Shown here one piece after another: positions 40,282-53,802 of a DNA stretch of 64,000 nucleotides. The stretch is from Felis catus (Eukaryota). The notes under the pieces are model-generated. The model made no database searches. It saw only the letters and a list, made by a program, of their open reading frames with translations, and was not told the origin of the DNA. The DNA lies in assembly GCF_018350175.1 (NCBI RefSeq), contig NC_058368.1:39248001-39312000 (forward strand), written 5' to 3'. How positions within the stretch are numbered: position 1 is the first letter of the stretch; every line of letters begins with the position of its first letter. The translations under genes and the position numbers were made by a program.

Positions 40282-40545
40282 AAAATAGCCTTTGTGTTAA
40301 ATGATTTGGCCCACTGTAGGCTAGCGTAAGTGTTCTGAGAACATTATGATGTTTGATAGGTTATGTGTATTACATACATTTTGAATTAAAACATTTTCAA
40401 CTATGATGGGTTATCAGGATGTAATCCTATTGTAAGTCAAGGAAGACCTATATTTGCTTTGAGATATGCTCTGAGTAGTGTTGTAGTTTCATTTTTCTCC
40501 TTATGGATAGGGTATTATCTGAAGTCACATACTGAATTGTTATTA

Positions 40546-40739
40546 TTAAAAAATTTTTTTATGTTTATTCATTTTTTGAGAGACAGAGACAGAGCATGAG
40601 TGGGGGAGAGGGAGGGAAAAGGAGACACAGAATCCAGAGCAGGCTCCAGGCTCTGAGCTGTCAGTCCAGAGCCTGATGTGGGGCTCAAACTCACAAACCA
40701 TGAGATCATGACCTGAGCTGAAGCCACCTAGGTGCCCCC
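40546..40739 (-). mobile_element. CAN-SINE with a roughly 20-bp deletion in the tRNA-related head
   Basis: ctgaagccacctaggtgcccc lacks the usual tcggacgcttaaccgactga segment; TSD tgaatt(g/a)ttatt. Confidence 0.9.
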
Positions 40740-40904
40740 TGAATTATTATTTTAATATAGATTGTGTAATGCTAACTCTAGCAAATATCAGTATATTTGT
40801 GGAGCTAATTCTATGCTTTCTGTTTTGTTCTACTGATAACATCGTAAATCACGTGACCATAGCAATATTATTTATTCATTTTCAACTTAAGCGATATAGT
40901 TTTA

Positions 40905-41850
40905 ATTTTTTCCAGCTTTATTGAGATATAATTGACATATAATATTGTGTTATTTTAATGTATAAAATGTGATGTTATGATACACATATATATGGCAAAA
41001 TGATGAATGACCACAAGAAGGTTAGTAAACACCTCCATCACCTCACATAATTATCATGTTTTCCTGTGGTGATCTACTCTCTCAGCATCTTTCAAGTACA
41101 TAATAGAGATTTGTTAACTGTAGTTACTATGATATACAGATCCAGAATTTATTCATTGAATAGCTGGAAGTTTATACTGTTAAACCAGTATTTTCCCATT
41201 TCCTCCATCTCCTCAGCCCCTGACAGCCGCCATTCTACTCTATTTCTATGAGTTTGGCTTTTTCAGATTGCACATACGAGTGAGATCATTCATCTTTTAA
41301 TGGATCAGGCTCCATACAGATGTCTTCTTTGGAAGAAAGTATATTCAGTTCTTCTGTCCATTTTTTAATCAGATTTTTTGTTTGTTTGCTTTTGCAATTA
41401 CATTCTATGTTCTTTTTATATTCTGGATGGTAACTCTTTATAGATATATGGTTTGCAAATATTTTCTCCTGTTCTGTAGGTTATCTATTCATTTTATTTT
41501 TTTATTTCTTTTGCTGAGCAGAAGTTTCAGTCTGGTAGTCCCACTTATTTATTTTTGCTTTTGTTGTTTGTGCTTTTGCTGTCCTATCCAAAATAGTCAT
41601 TGCCATAACTAAATTCAAAGGGCTTTTTTCCTGTGTTTTCCTCTATGAGATTTATGGTTTCAGGTATTTTATTTAAGTATTTAATCCATTTTGAGTTGGT
41701 TTTTTTTTTGAACGCTGTTAAGACAGTAGGTCTAATTTAAAATTTTTGCACATAATTATACATATTTAACAATAGCATTTATTGAAGAGACTTATCTTTT
41801 TCCCATTGAATTGACTCCCTTGTAAAATATTAGTTGTCTATATATGTGTA
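40905..41850 (-). mobile_element. Old L1 (L1MA/MB-type) 3' part
   Basis: cagctttattgagatataattgacat...; reverse ORF2 remnants. Confidence 0.85.
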
Positions 41851-44305
41851 AGTTTGGAAGTTTAGTAGCTAAGGCAGATAAAAGCAAATCATATTACAAT
41901 AGTCTGAGGAATTACTGAGAATTTATATAATATTATAGGCATGGCACTTGATTCACTTTATTTACTTCATGTTTGATTGTTTTATAAAATACTGTTCTTA
42001 CTGTTTCCTAACTCTATTAAAAAAGTATCAGAGACAATATAAATCTTTGTTATGAATTACAATTATTTTCTCATTTGGAAGATCCTTGCATGCCTCTTTC
42101 AGAAAGAATAAGGGCTATTTTAAGTCCCATATGTAAGCAATGGGCCCAATTTGTGAACAAACATAAAGATTATATTTTTTAATGTAAACTATAATTTAAC
42201 TGTGTATTCAGTAATCAAAGAATATAGCAATGAGATATTAATATATCCATGAAGTTTTTGTGAAAGATTTCTAACCACTTTATTCTTTATTTGTCTTAGC
42301 AGCACAAGACCCTTCCTTTTACTCTAATATATGTAATTGTACCCTTCCTTGCCATATATCCTCTTGGAATAGAAACAGATATTTCTCTGTGATCAGTAGT
42401 TTTGCCCAGAACCTCTAAATAGTTCTCTGATATAAATGATATAAATAGATACAATTAAGTCTTAATTTTGCATTTATATTGGCCAAGAAAAGATTGATAT
42501 TGACTAAGAATGAAGTCTATGTTTAGACTATGAGAAGTGCGTTTGCAATTTGTGTTGGTAATTTCAGAAAGAAAAAAAATAATAAACTTTGTTTTTCTTT
42601 TTTTATTTTATCTTTTCTTTCTCTCATTTACCCATAGGTTGAATGAGTAAGATATCCTTTAAAATAATTTATAAATTAATTACATTATAAATTTTTTCTC
42701 TCCTTATAACATGCAAAACTAGATATAATAAGTAAATCAAGACTTGTTTATTTTTAAACCAGGAATGACATTTTGCTGTTAATATTATACTAACTCTTAA
42801 TAATGAATTTGATTTTCCCAAATTGATGAGGAAATTGCTGATTATGTGAAGTTTCCATATTTAGTAAAAATGAATATTAATATTGTAAAATGATGAATTG
42901 CTAATATGGGACATTGAGCTTGCAATCAACTATAAAATATCCCTCCTATAAAAGACAAGAATTTATAGCGATAATTTTAGTACTTAATTCCATTTCTAAT
43001 GCCATGTATAACAAAGGAATAGGTAATTCTGTAGCCCTTCATAAGGGGAAATAATTATTTTTCTTTAAAAATTCTTACCATTTCAGCTATTTTGGAGGCA
43101 TAATTTTGTGATCGTTATCAGCACTTTATTTTAAAATGTGTTCCAGAAAGAAAGGAAAGTAAAAAAAAAATGCCTGCTTGACAGTATAAGAAAAATAACT
43201 ACAAAAAATGTTTGTTAATTAATTAAACTTATAAAGTCATTCTTAATTCATAACTACGGGTAGTTAGGAAGTGTTCAGTTTAGCTCCATTTCAAGAGGAA
43301 CATACCAAGAGGTATTGTTGTATTGTATTGATCCAAACAATACTGCTTGGATCTAAGTCTGTTTAAATATATTAGAAATATAATCTTAACAGACAGAGGA
43401 GTAATCTCTTTTAATTGACATTAAGGAAGAGTTATAGGATTATTCAGATTAATCAAATATAGTATATACAACTAGGTATGATATAAATTCAACCCAATAA
43501 AGTATCTTTAAAACAGAGATATCAGGCTATATACATTTAAATATCTCTATACCCTAAACTATTAAAAAAAGAAAAAAGAAAAAGTTACATCTACAACAAA
43601 GGATTAACATCTGGATATCTGTATGAAGCATCTCATAAGTACCACCTCAGATCCTGCCCTGTCTCCCCGACCACCCCCACTCCATATACTTTTTCCTCTA
43701 AATCTGGGACTTCTCTGTTGACCTTGAGGCCTGAAATGTTTCAGCTCATTTGCATGAGCAACTTAAATTGAGGTTCTGTTAAACTCTAGGACTACAAATC
43801 TTTGACTAATGAGATTTAGGAGCCAGTCACATAAGTTCTTAACCTTTCCTCTCTCATATAGTCCTTGTTGAGATGCACTCATTTTATTGCTACTTAGAGT
43901 ACTGTCATGAGATCAAGTAGTCGGTACATTTTAGTACCAAATGATAAGCATCCTTGCACTGTCTCTTCTTCTTGCCCTTCCTGTTCCCTTGGCCTTCACT
44001 TCTACTTCTCCTATTTACACTTTCTCAACACAGTGTCTTTGTCTCAGGCTCTGCTTTCTGAGAATTCACAAGAAAACAACATGTGAAAAAATTGTTATAA
44101 ATAAAAAAGACCAGAGGTCAGTTTTATAATATAATAATAAGGAAATAACATGAAACATAATTCACAAACCAATAAATGGTTTCATTACTTCTGAAATTCA
44201 GATTAAAATGTGATCTCAAATTTAACTTTTTTACTTTCATAAAAGCATCAAATATTCTAATTTTGAAGAAGGAATCATGATTGTTAATAAAATGGAAATT
44301 GTACA

Positions 44306-44524
44306 GGGGCACCTGGGGGACTCAGTTGGTTAAGTGTCTGACTTCAGCTCAGGTCATGATTTCGTGGTTCATGGGTTTGAGCCCAGTGTCAGGCTCTGTG
44401 ATGACAGCTGGGAGCCTGGAGCCTGCTTCAGATTCTATGTCGCCCTCTCTCTCTGCCCCTCCCCTGCTCACACCTCTGTCTCTCTCTTTCTCAAAAGTAA
44501 ATAAACGTTCTAAAAAAAATTTTT
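44306..44524 (+). mobile_element. CAN-SINE
   Basis: TSD AATGGAAATTGT. Confidence 0.94.
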
Positions 44525-44569
44525 AATGGAAATTGTGTAAACATTCTACCTTCAAAAATTAATAATGGT

Positions 44570-44770
44570 AAGTGTTTAGTGAATGATTACCATAGGACAG
44601 ATATGTATTCAGTGTCTTGCACATAGTGAATAATGTAATCTTTAAACCAACTCTGCTATGGGTATTTTTGTTACCATTTTTCAGATAAAGAGTAGAGAAT
44701 GAGGGTTAAAGTTAAGATTCAAACTCAGTACTCTGACTCCAGAAGACATGTTCTTTACTGTTCACTCTGC
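44570..44770 (-). mobile_element. MIR fragment
   Basis: ccatttttcagataaag...attcaaactcag...tctgactccaga. Confidence 0.6.
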
Positions 44771-44924
44771 TGCCTCTTATGGATTGTAGATGCTCTGAGA
44801 GCTTGTAAATATCTGTACTTCCTGCTTCAGGGTATCCTCCTGGTTCTGACCCCAGTGCCTAGGCTTCAGGTAACCAAGGCAACCACCCTAAACTCAAAGT
44901 TCCAAAACACGTAGCGTATAATAA

Positions 44925-45215
44925 ACGGGGTGATTAATCTTTTAATGATGTGGACCCCTTTGGTAGTCTGATTAAATCAAAAGATCCCTTCTGAGAATAA
45001 TTCTTTTAAATTAAATAATTTATAGAATTATTAAGGAAATAATTGTACTTACATATAGCTTATAAAATATTGAAAAAGTAAATTTGTGATATGGAAATAT
45101 ATATGCTTCTTTTTTAACAAGATTTTGTGGTGGTTCCATAACTACATTAATTTCAAAATAACACTGTCTCCCATTGACTCCAAATGATATTTCAAGATAT
45201 CACTACAAGAATTCA
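44925..45215. mobile_element. hAT-Charlie-derived MER fragment
   Basis: tggacccctttggtagtctg...cccttctgagaataa resembles a recalled hAT MER consensus. Confidence 0.55.
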
Positions 45216-45239
45216 TGAGACGTGAATAGAACCTCTGCC

Positions 45240-45853
45240 AGAGATTTCATAAACCTCTGTTTTGGGGATGGTGTTTGACCAGAGTGGATTGGAGTTGGGC
45301 ATTCCCTTTCCCCAGGTCAATTAGGCTCAGGTAACACCCCAGCAGGTTAGTCTCAGATTAACTAGTTCCTCCTAAGGGCAGGCCTTGTGGAGAAGAGCCG
45401 TGTTCTGGTGTATTTTGAGATGGCTCCTTTTTCCCTCTCCCTACTGCAAGGAAGCATGAGGGGATTTTTCTCCAGTATTTACTGTGAAAGCCTAGACAAG
45501 CTCCTGGAGACAAAACTCACCCAAATGTGGAGGCCTCCGTATAACCAGCTCCCCCTGGAAATTTTCCCTCAGAATTGTCCACACAGAGCCTCCGGCAATT
45601 TGTCATTTGCAGTCCAGGGTCTTCAACCCCAGCACCTGTTCTCATGGCAGTTCCTGCTCCTGAGTTTCTTCTCTGGTAAGCCAGAACTCCTGGATTCACC
45701 TCTGTCTCCACTCTGAGAGGCAACAGTTTCCCCTCTGTCCTCCCTTACAGATTCAGGAACAGTTGAATTTTCAGTCTGTTCAATTTTTTAGTGTTGACAG
45801 GACAGGGTAGGAACATCCAAGTTCCTTACATGTGAAACTGGAAACTGGAAGTC
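45240..45853 (-). mobile_element. Old L1M 5'UTR fragment
   Basis: Ends ...aaactggaaactggaagtc as in old L1 5' ends; same family as 3025-3158. Confidence 0.55.
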
Positions 45854-46150
45854 CTATTTTTTTGTGTTCGTTTGTTTGTTTGTTTGTTTGGGGAAAGAAG
45901 AAAGAAAGAACAGAAGGAATAAAGGAGGGAGGGAGGGAACAGGCAGGATCCAAGGATTTAGAAATTGTGTCCCAGAAGTTAGGCAAAGACCGTAACTTTC
46001 TTTGGAGAAGTACAGTATGGGGCAGCCCAGAACAGCTGAGTTAATCCTTTACTGCACAGTCACCAACTGTTTGTACCTTTGTGTCAGTGCTTTTCTGCTT
46101 GTCCCATCCTCCAAAAAGAGATAAAGATCCCACTCAATGTAAATTTCTTT

Positions 46151-46364
46151 AAAAAAATTTTTTTAACGTTTATTTATTTTTGAGACAGAGAGAGACAGAG
46201 CATGAACGGGGAGGGTCAGAGAGAGGGAGACACAGAATCTGAAACAGGCTCCAGGCTCTGAGCTGTCAGCAGAGAGCCCGACGTGGGGCTCGAACTCATG
46301 GACCGCGAGATCATGACCTGAGCCGAAGTCGGCCGCTCAACCGACTGAGCCACCCAGGTGCCCC
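46151..46364 (-). mobile_element. Young CAN-SINE (SINEC_Fc)
   Basis: CpG-rich; TSD TGTAAATTTCTTT. Confidence 0.96.
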
Positions 46365-46787
46365 TGTAAATTTCTTTTAGCATGTGAATTCTCTTAATCA
46401 CCTTTTATCCCTAGTGCACATGTAGTGCCCAAAAATAGCAGTGGCTCAATAAGTGTTAAAAAATATCTGAACAGAAATAAATCAAAGTCTGTTCTTGTTT
46501 TTGTTTTTGTTTTTAATTAATGCTATTGAGGAAGTGTATAGTGGAATGCATTATTAAATAATGTAGAGATAGACTCTCATTATTGTCAACAATTGTGCAT
46601 CTTACTAAATTAGTATATCTGCATATTTCACATATTAGAAACAGATGAAACATAGGAAAGAGCAATCTAATAAGGATGAAAAGCAAAGTAGGTACTATGA
46701 AATATGATTAAGAAGAAATGATATTAAATTTTATTTTAGATAATGTTCAACTGTTGTTCCTATAAGTTCCATAATAGTTCTAATAGG

Positions 46788-47016
46788 TCAGAGGGCTGCA
46801 AACTGTTACTCACCATCTAAATCTGGTCTGGCACCTCTCATTTATAAATAAAGATTATAGGAGCACAGCCAAGCCCATTCATTTATGTATTGCCCTATGG
46901 AGGCTTGTGCATTAAAATGGCAAACTTGAGTAGTTGCAAGAAAACTGGAGAATCATATGGCCCACAAAGCCTGGGATATTATCTTCTTAATTACAGACAA
47001 AATTCGGTGACACCTG
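46788..47016. mobile_element. MER58A-like hAT element
   Basis: cagagggctgcaaac...ataaagattataggagcacagcc...tggcccacaaagcc...gacacctg. Confidence 0.75.
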
Positions 47017-47155
47017 CCATGATGAATAAAAAAAGTTATAATCATAAATTCAAAATATAGTTTGAATTATTTGATTGGTTGTACCCTGAAGCAAGTATGT
47101 TTACTATTATCGAATGTCAAAATTGGAATCTTTAATTTATCTACTAAAAATTCCA

Positions 47156-47385
47156 GGGGCACCTGGGTGGCTCAGTTAGTTAGGCATCTTACTGTTGGTT
47201 TTCACTCAGTTCATGATCTCATGGGTCAGGGAATCAAGCCCAGAGTCGAGCTCTGTGCCCACAGCACAGAACTTGCTTAGGAAGCTCTCTCTCCCTCTCT
47301 CTCCATCCTTCCCTCACTTGCTCCCTCTCTTTCTCTCTCTCTCTCTTTCAAAATAAATAAGTAAACACAATAAATATACATTAAA
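47156..47385 (+). mobile_element. CAN-SINE (older subfamily)
   Basis: SINE head, (CT)n, A-tail. Confidence 0.92.
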
Positions 47386-48979
47386 AATGCCAAATATATA
47401 ATTGCTAATATTAATAGGCTTTCATATATATTTATGTTAGGATTTTATCTATTATATTCCCTCTCTTTTCTTTGAAAGGGTTTAATTTCTAAATATATTG
47501 TTTTGTCCATTGGTCTTCATTTGATACAAATACAAAATTGTATCTATAAGATCTAAAGTTAGGATACTTTAATACTATTATTTACATTTAAATATTAATA
47601 TTAACATTATTTTCCTTTCATTACGGACTGAGTGATGCAACAATGGTTCCTTTCCCTCCACCCCGTAAATATGACTTTTTGTATCTATAGCCATTTCTAC
47701 TGGCTCACAAAAATGTGGGAGCCTCCCTATAACTGGCTACCCCTGGAAATTTTCAGTGAGTGAATTGAAATTGTTTCAGATCTGGCAGTGAAGAGGTTAT
47801 TCTCTGTGACAGTTTTTCCTTGAATGGAGTTTGGTTGGTTGGATCAAGGGAATAATACTGAGCTTTCTATGATCCATACCAGTGGACTTTCTAGCAGCAG
47901 GTAGCAGGATAGAGTTCTGGTTGCTCAGCTGTTACTTCCAAAGAGATATAGCAAGAGGATTGGGAAAAGATCCCACTAGACACTCACACCACAGCTTCAG
48001 CAATAGTCTGGCTATAAGTGTGAGGGATGGACACAGTGATATTTGACTTTGATAAATAAAAAAGATATTTTAATTAAGTCACAATCTAATAAGAATTAAA
48101 TGGAAATTTTGAGATATTGGACTAGTGGGTTTTGAACTGGGTGGATACTTGCAAACATGGATTAAGTTGGAAACTCAGATGTGAGAAATGAGAAAGAGGC
48201 AAGGACTTTACCACAAGTGATTTAAAACCAGTTCCTGGTACTATGGTATGGGGTCAGAGTGGGAACAACCAAAGCAAACATAATGAATAACTAATAATCT
48301 GATTCTTTGTTATAACTGTTTTCTTTAACAGAAACATAAATCTAGAGAAAGGTGAAAGCATAAAGTGGCATTAAATGCTCTAAAATTCAAGATTAAAATG
48401 ACACAGGGTCATGGATTGAAGAAAACCGTTACAAATTACGACTTATCCTCATTTTTAAAATGTTAATTAAATTCTCTCTCATTAGGAGTCATGAAACACT
48501 CAGAAAACGCTCTTTATTTTTGTGCAACATATGTAATGTTGACCAGTTTCTCTCTTGATTACATTCTAATTACTGTTTTCCTTTTTCTCTCGAGAATGTA
48601 GAAGGAATCTTGTTTCCTTTCTAGTTTTGATTTCTCTTTCTACCCAATATTTACATTTACAGAATAAAAGAAATATAACGCCATAAATTTGCCAGAAAAT
48701 GAAATTAGAACTATGTCAGCCAAAATTAATGAAGTGAAAAGCACTGTGACAACAAATAGAGATTAGACGAGGAAGACCGTGAGAATAAGTATAGTGTTTC
48801 TCCATTTCTTTCATCACTTTTTATCTGTTGTTATTCAGTAAAACAAATGCAGAAATAAGCTCCAATCAGGATTATTAGAAACATATAGTCTGTACCAAGA
48901 TGGAATAATATCCACCATAATATTAATTTTTCATGGAAGTTATTGGATAACTTTTATGGAGTATTTTTGTTTTAGTAGA

Positions 48980-49175
48980 CATATAAGGAATGGATTCTGA
49001 ACTTAAACAGCCTGGGTTTAATCCTGGAGCTGCTGCTTAATAAACTCACTCAATCACTCTGTTGTTTGGGGTGATCTCCTCTGAAAAGTGGTGTGAGAAT
49101 AAAAGCACCTCTTTATTGTGAAAATTAAATAGGTTAGTTCAATTAGTGTTCATGCTTGTGCTGACATGAAACAGT
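48980..49175 (+). mobile_element. MIR
   Basis: cagcctgggtttaatcctgg...ctcctctgaaaagtgg...ttgtgaaaattaaat. Confidence 0.65.
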
Positions 49176-52100
49176 TATTCAAATCAACATCAACCATTAC
49201 CTTATACCACAAAAACTAGCAAAAATATACATAAAATCCGAAATGTATTTTGATAAGAAAGTTATACTGAATCCTTTGGAACTAAGTTGCTAACTTAAAA
49301 GGGGGATGTTAAAGGTTTGCATTTCAGGGGCCATCATGGCTTTTGCTATTTGCTGCAGGTAACGGAAACTCTAAATCAAACTTTAAAAATGTAAACGGTA
49401 AGTAAAATAGTGTATTATTTGACATAGCAGTAGATAGGAAGACCATCCAGGTTTTTTGTTTGTTTTTTTTCTTTCTCTCTGGATATTTAATCAATGCATG
49501 CCTTTCCCTCATTGCCATAAGATGTCAGACAGAGACACTGAAACATTTTGGGTCCTGGTTCACACCCAGAGAAAGTGAAAACCTTTTTTTTTTTTTTTTC
49601 TCAAGCATGGAATTAGAGTCTTTCCCTTCAAACCAGTCATTTCTCGTTCACCTGCGCTGTGCACCAAATGGCTTAATTAACTGCACTTACCCCTATTGGA
49701 GTCAGGAGCAGGGGATTGAGGGAAGTTCCCCAGATCTATTTAGTTCTATGGAATTCAGAAGAGACAGACGTAAAATGAGTATTTGGTAGAAACAAAGTAG
49801 GGGGAGCAATTGCTAGAGAGGCAAAAGCACTGTCTACTACAATAGTGGACATTTTGATTATAGAACCTCATTTTAGCAGGGAAGTTGTGCACTGATAGAG
49901 TAAGTTGGTGCTAATAAAAAACTTCCAAACGACAGTGTATCTCCCACCTGTGTACTACTGAATGGATTTTTATCTTTTTCAGCAGAGTGACAGGCTATTA
50001 CATGTAACCTCGACACACTGTACATTTATGCATAAAAGACTGATAAAAATATAATTTCCTCTAAATATATTTTGATTAGGAAAAGAGGCAAAGATGGAAA
50101 AAAAGATGAGGCTTGAAACATTTCCTAGGGTGGTGTGTTACAGAGAGAGAAGTTGAATGTGTGGAAAAGGAATCCCCCCCCATTGCTAATTCCTTCCAGG
50201 ACTGACATTCAGATGAAATATATTTATTTGTAGAACTAAATACTCTTTAGTCATCAATCCTTTCTGATTCTTTTTTTGAAGGAATAAATCTGTAGAAAGA
50301 GCAAGAAAGAGACAGTTAAGTGGGCAAAGATACAGAAATGTCTGTAATAATAGAGCCATGTGATTTAGATATAATTAGATTTTATGACTTTACTGTTATT
50401 ATTTTCTCTGTTTTGCATATAAATTTGCATATATACGTGATCTCAACTCAAATATATTTTATTGGGAAAAATAATGTTTAATTATATGATGCTGGTCATC
50501 TTGAGAATAGATTTAATATATATATAGTGTTTCATCAAAATATATTAAACTTGTTAGAAATGGTCTCCCACATTTTTTGGCTTTATGTTTGACTCCTTTT
50601 TGTTCTTTGTTAAATTCAAAAATCTATAACTGTAAAGTTAAGAGAGGGAAAATCACAGTGGTGCCATATAGAAAGAATATTTAACAGTTTTTATTTTAAA
50701 GCTTAATTGAACACGAGGAGTAGAGATTTTCAAAGTGCTAAATTATTTGAAGTATTTATAAAATAGCATATATTTTTTAAATAATAAAGATAATAATTAT
50801 GAATTCAAGTAACATCCTGCACCTGGACACAATTTTTAAATATGATTACGTATTCAATTCCATTTTCCCAATAATGTACCTTTTAGATTGAGAGCCTGAA
50901 TTTATGTTCAGTTTCCAGATTAATTCCTTCACCAAATATTAGAGAAATAGATTGTATTTTGTGGGGGGATGCTGCTATGAATTCTTGTCTGCTTACTAAT
51001 CATGGGACTCGTGTATCCTCTATTTCATCCTTCTTTGAGTTTATTGATTACCTCATCGACTTTTCTATTTCCAGCCTGTCTGTTCATTCAGACCAGTTTG
51101 CACCATTAGCAAAATACACAGTTTATGTTTGATTCCTCTTCTCAATACCCACTTTTGAAATTAGGCTTTGAAATACAGCAACTGGTTGGCATTAAAACAA
51201 ATATTTTAAACTTTGCAATGAGGTAAATTTCAGTTTGTTTTTTTTTCTAAATTGAATGGAATATAAGCTGTTTTCAAAGTAAATAATGAAAACTTATTAG
51301 AAAATTGCTTAATATTTGCAATACATGACAGTATTTAGAAACACATATGTTTGTAAAATTAAAAGATACACCTCAAGGCTGTTTAGATAAGAGTATTTTT
51401 ACTGATATGATTTAATCTTTATTCATATTTGCTATGATTCAAAACTTTTAAAATAAGACACATTTTATCATTTAATGTACCATTTCTATTTATATATGAT
51501 ACAAGGTAAAAAATCATATAATTTATATTTTCTCCATAATTTTTTCTTAGACATACATACTTTCATAGCATGATGGTGACATAATTCAATAGGTAGCTTT
51601 TTATTTCTCTTATGACTATATTTTATTCATGACTGAAAAACTTAAAAGTTAGTTCTAAATTGTCTGAGCTTCTCCTGTAATACTGTTATAGATTTTCATA
51701 TACTGGGCTGTATGTAGTCCCTATTATAAATAAAAGTTATGTATAAATTATATTCACACATTGTATCATGGCATATCTATACAATCTTATCAGGGAGTTA
51801 AAACTGACCAAGGCCTGGTTTTCTATTTGAAATACATATTTGTACACGGAGAAAACTAATACAACAATGACTTTGAAACAGATCTGCCTCCTTTAAGTAT
51901 GGTCAAAAACATGTTTCAAAGTTACATAAGACCTTTAGAAGTTAACAGTAATGACTGCTCAGTGACATAAAGAGTCAACGTTCTTTAATTCAGGTTTTAT
52001 TAAGTTGAAAGCTACTTGTGGGGGAGGATTCTTACTTGTTTTAATGTTTGTTCATATTTCTAGTTATATTACTAGTTGTATTTTGTTATATTTCTAGTTT

Positions 52101-52591
52101 CTAAAACCAGTACTTAAATGGTCTCTTCAGATCAATAGGTGTTGTGCTAAATAATTAAGTAAATACATTTACTGTTGCTTATTCTCTGCTCTTCAATCCA
52201 GAGTTACTTCTTTAAGCACTGCAACCAAATTTAAAAATTTTAAAGACAATTTTTTAGGCATTTTATTCCCAACAGTCCTTGATGCTAGTAAGTCCATGGC
52301 ATGCATTATCTCAAAGTTTGGAAGAATACCCATAGAATAAAAATGTCAGTGGATTTTCTTTATAGATTATTTTTCAAATCCAATGTGGAGAAAATAATTA
52401 TAAGGCAACATTTAACATTGTATAATCCAACCATTTAACTTATGTATTTATTTGAAAATGTATGTTTTATATCAAAAAAAGCTGAGATTATTAAAAGTAA
52501 AAACTTTGAAGATAGGGTTAGGGTGCAGTTAAGGCAATTCCAAAAGCTTGGATACACCTGTTACATACTACAACGTGAAGGATTAGGTCCA

Positions 52592-52681
52592 GTGCTCGCT
52601 TCACCAGCACACATACTAAAATTGGAAAGGTGCAGACATTAGCATGGCCTCTGTGTCAGGATGACACGCAGACTCATGAAG
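52592..52681 (+). pseudogene. RNU6: U6 snRNA retropseudogene, 3'-truncated, no poly(A)
   Basis: gtgctcgcttcaccagcacacatactaaaattggaa...attagcatggcctctgtgtcaggatgacacgcagactcatgaag aligns to U6 from nt 1 to CGTGAAG. ACAGAGA box damaged. Flanking direct repeat. Confidence 0.95.
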
Positions 52682-53644
52682 GATCAGGTGCGTAGAGGGT
52701 ATGATGTAGACAAAGGACAGGAGAAATATGCAAACTGATTTTGGAGTAATCCCTTCCCTAGTCTAAGAGCTGGTGGGAAGATGATCTGAGGAATCTATGT
52801 GAGGTAGATTCTTGAGAAGGGAACCAATGCCTCACTCTCTGGCTGTAGTTGAAAGGGAAGCAAAAAACAACAACAACAACAAAAAGCTTTCAGAAGCTAG
52901 AGTTGCACCCTACCAAGAATAGTGCTGCATTCAGCTTATTGTCAGAGAGGAAGAGTAACAATGGGGATAGAATTGCTCAGGTAGGTCTCACACCCAAAGG
53001 CAGCCTCCAGCACACCCCAGTGCAGTAACGAGGCTTCTCTAAATCTTTCCATCTCCTCTGAGGGATAAAAGTGTGGGTTAGATACATAGAGCCCCCTAAG
53101 TACTCTGGGAGAGGGACAAGGTAGAGGTAGAGTATGTGCAGCAGGCTACCTGAGGAGGTCCAAGGTATCAATAATGCATAGCAAATCCATAGCACGTCCA
53201 AGGTATCAATAATGATTGACATATACAGCTTTGAAATTGAAGTATACTGATCCCACTTGGGGGTCAGTGTAGACAGAGAATAGTTATGAGGCTTCTCTCT
53301 CCATTCCTCCTTGAATTAAAGAACATATGTGAACCCACTCACTCCAGGAAGAAATAAAATACAAAGGTGAAGGGAGAGAAATCAGAGAGGCTTGATTGAA
53401 TAGAGAGTCATGACAAAAGTAATTCAGTTCCAAATGGAATAACACCAAGTTTATCTTTCTTTAATGGACAGTTTGTAACTATCCTACAATCAATAAAAAA
53501 CTAGATCCCATCATTTGTACTTAAAGAGATATAAAGATAGGTATTCTTTACACACCTGATTCAAAGAAGTGTAAATTTAATGCACATTAAATTTGTCATT
53601 AGGTTGTTAAAAGCTCTGTAGGTAGTTCCATATGCCAGTCAAAA

Positions 53645-53802
53645 CTATCCCCTTACTATGTTTAATCAGAATCACCTGAAGGGCCTTTTAGTAAAACAAA
53701 GATTCCTGGACCTCTGGGGTGGGGACTGAGAATTTGCATTTTTAACAATTATCCAGGTGATGCTGATGCTTCCGGTCTAAACCCTACTCTTCGACAACCA
53801 TT
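53645..53802. mobile_element. MER5A-like hAT element
   Basis: atcagaatcacctgaaggg...gggactgagaatttgcatttttaac...ccaggtgatgctgatgct. Confidence 0.8.

Larger units (their letters stand above)
39240..40450 (-). mobile_element. MER47/Tigger5-derived DNA transposon interrupted by an L1 and a SINE
   Basis: Termini cagacaatccctgactta... and ...taagtcaaggaagacct; internal matches to the recalled MER47 consensus (cagtagaaaccatac, attcaacactttatt, gctttgtgttaaatgatttggccc). Confidence 0.8.
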
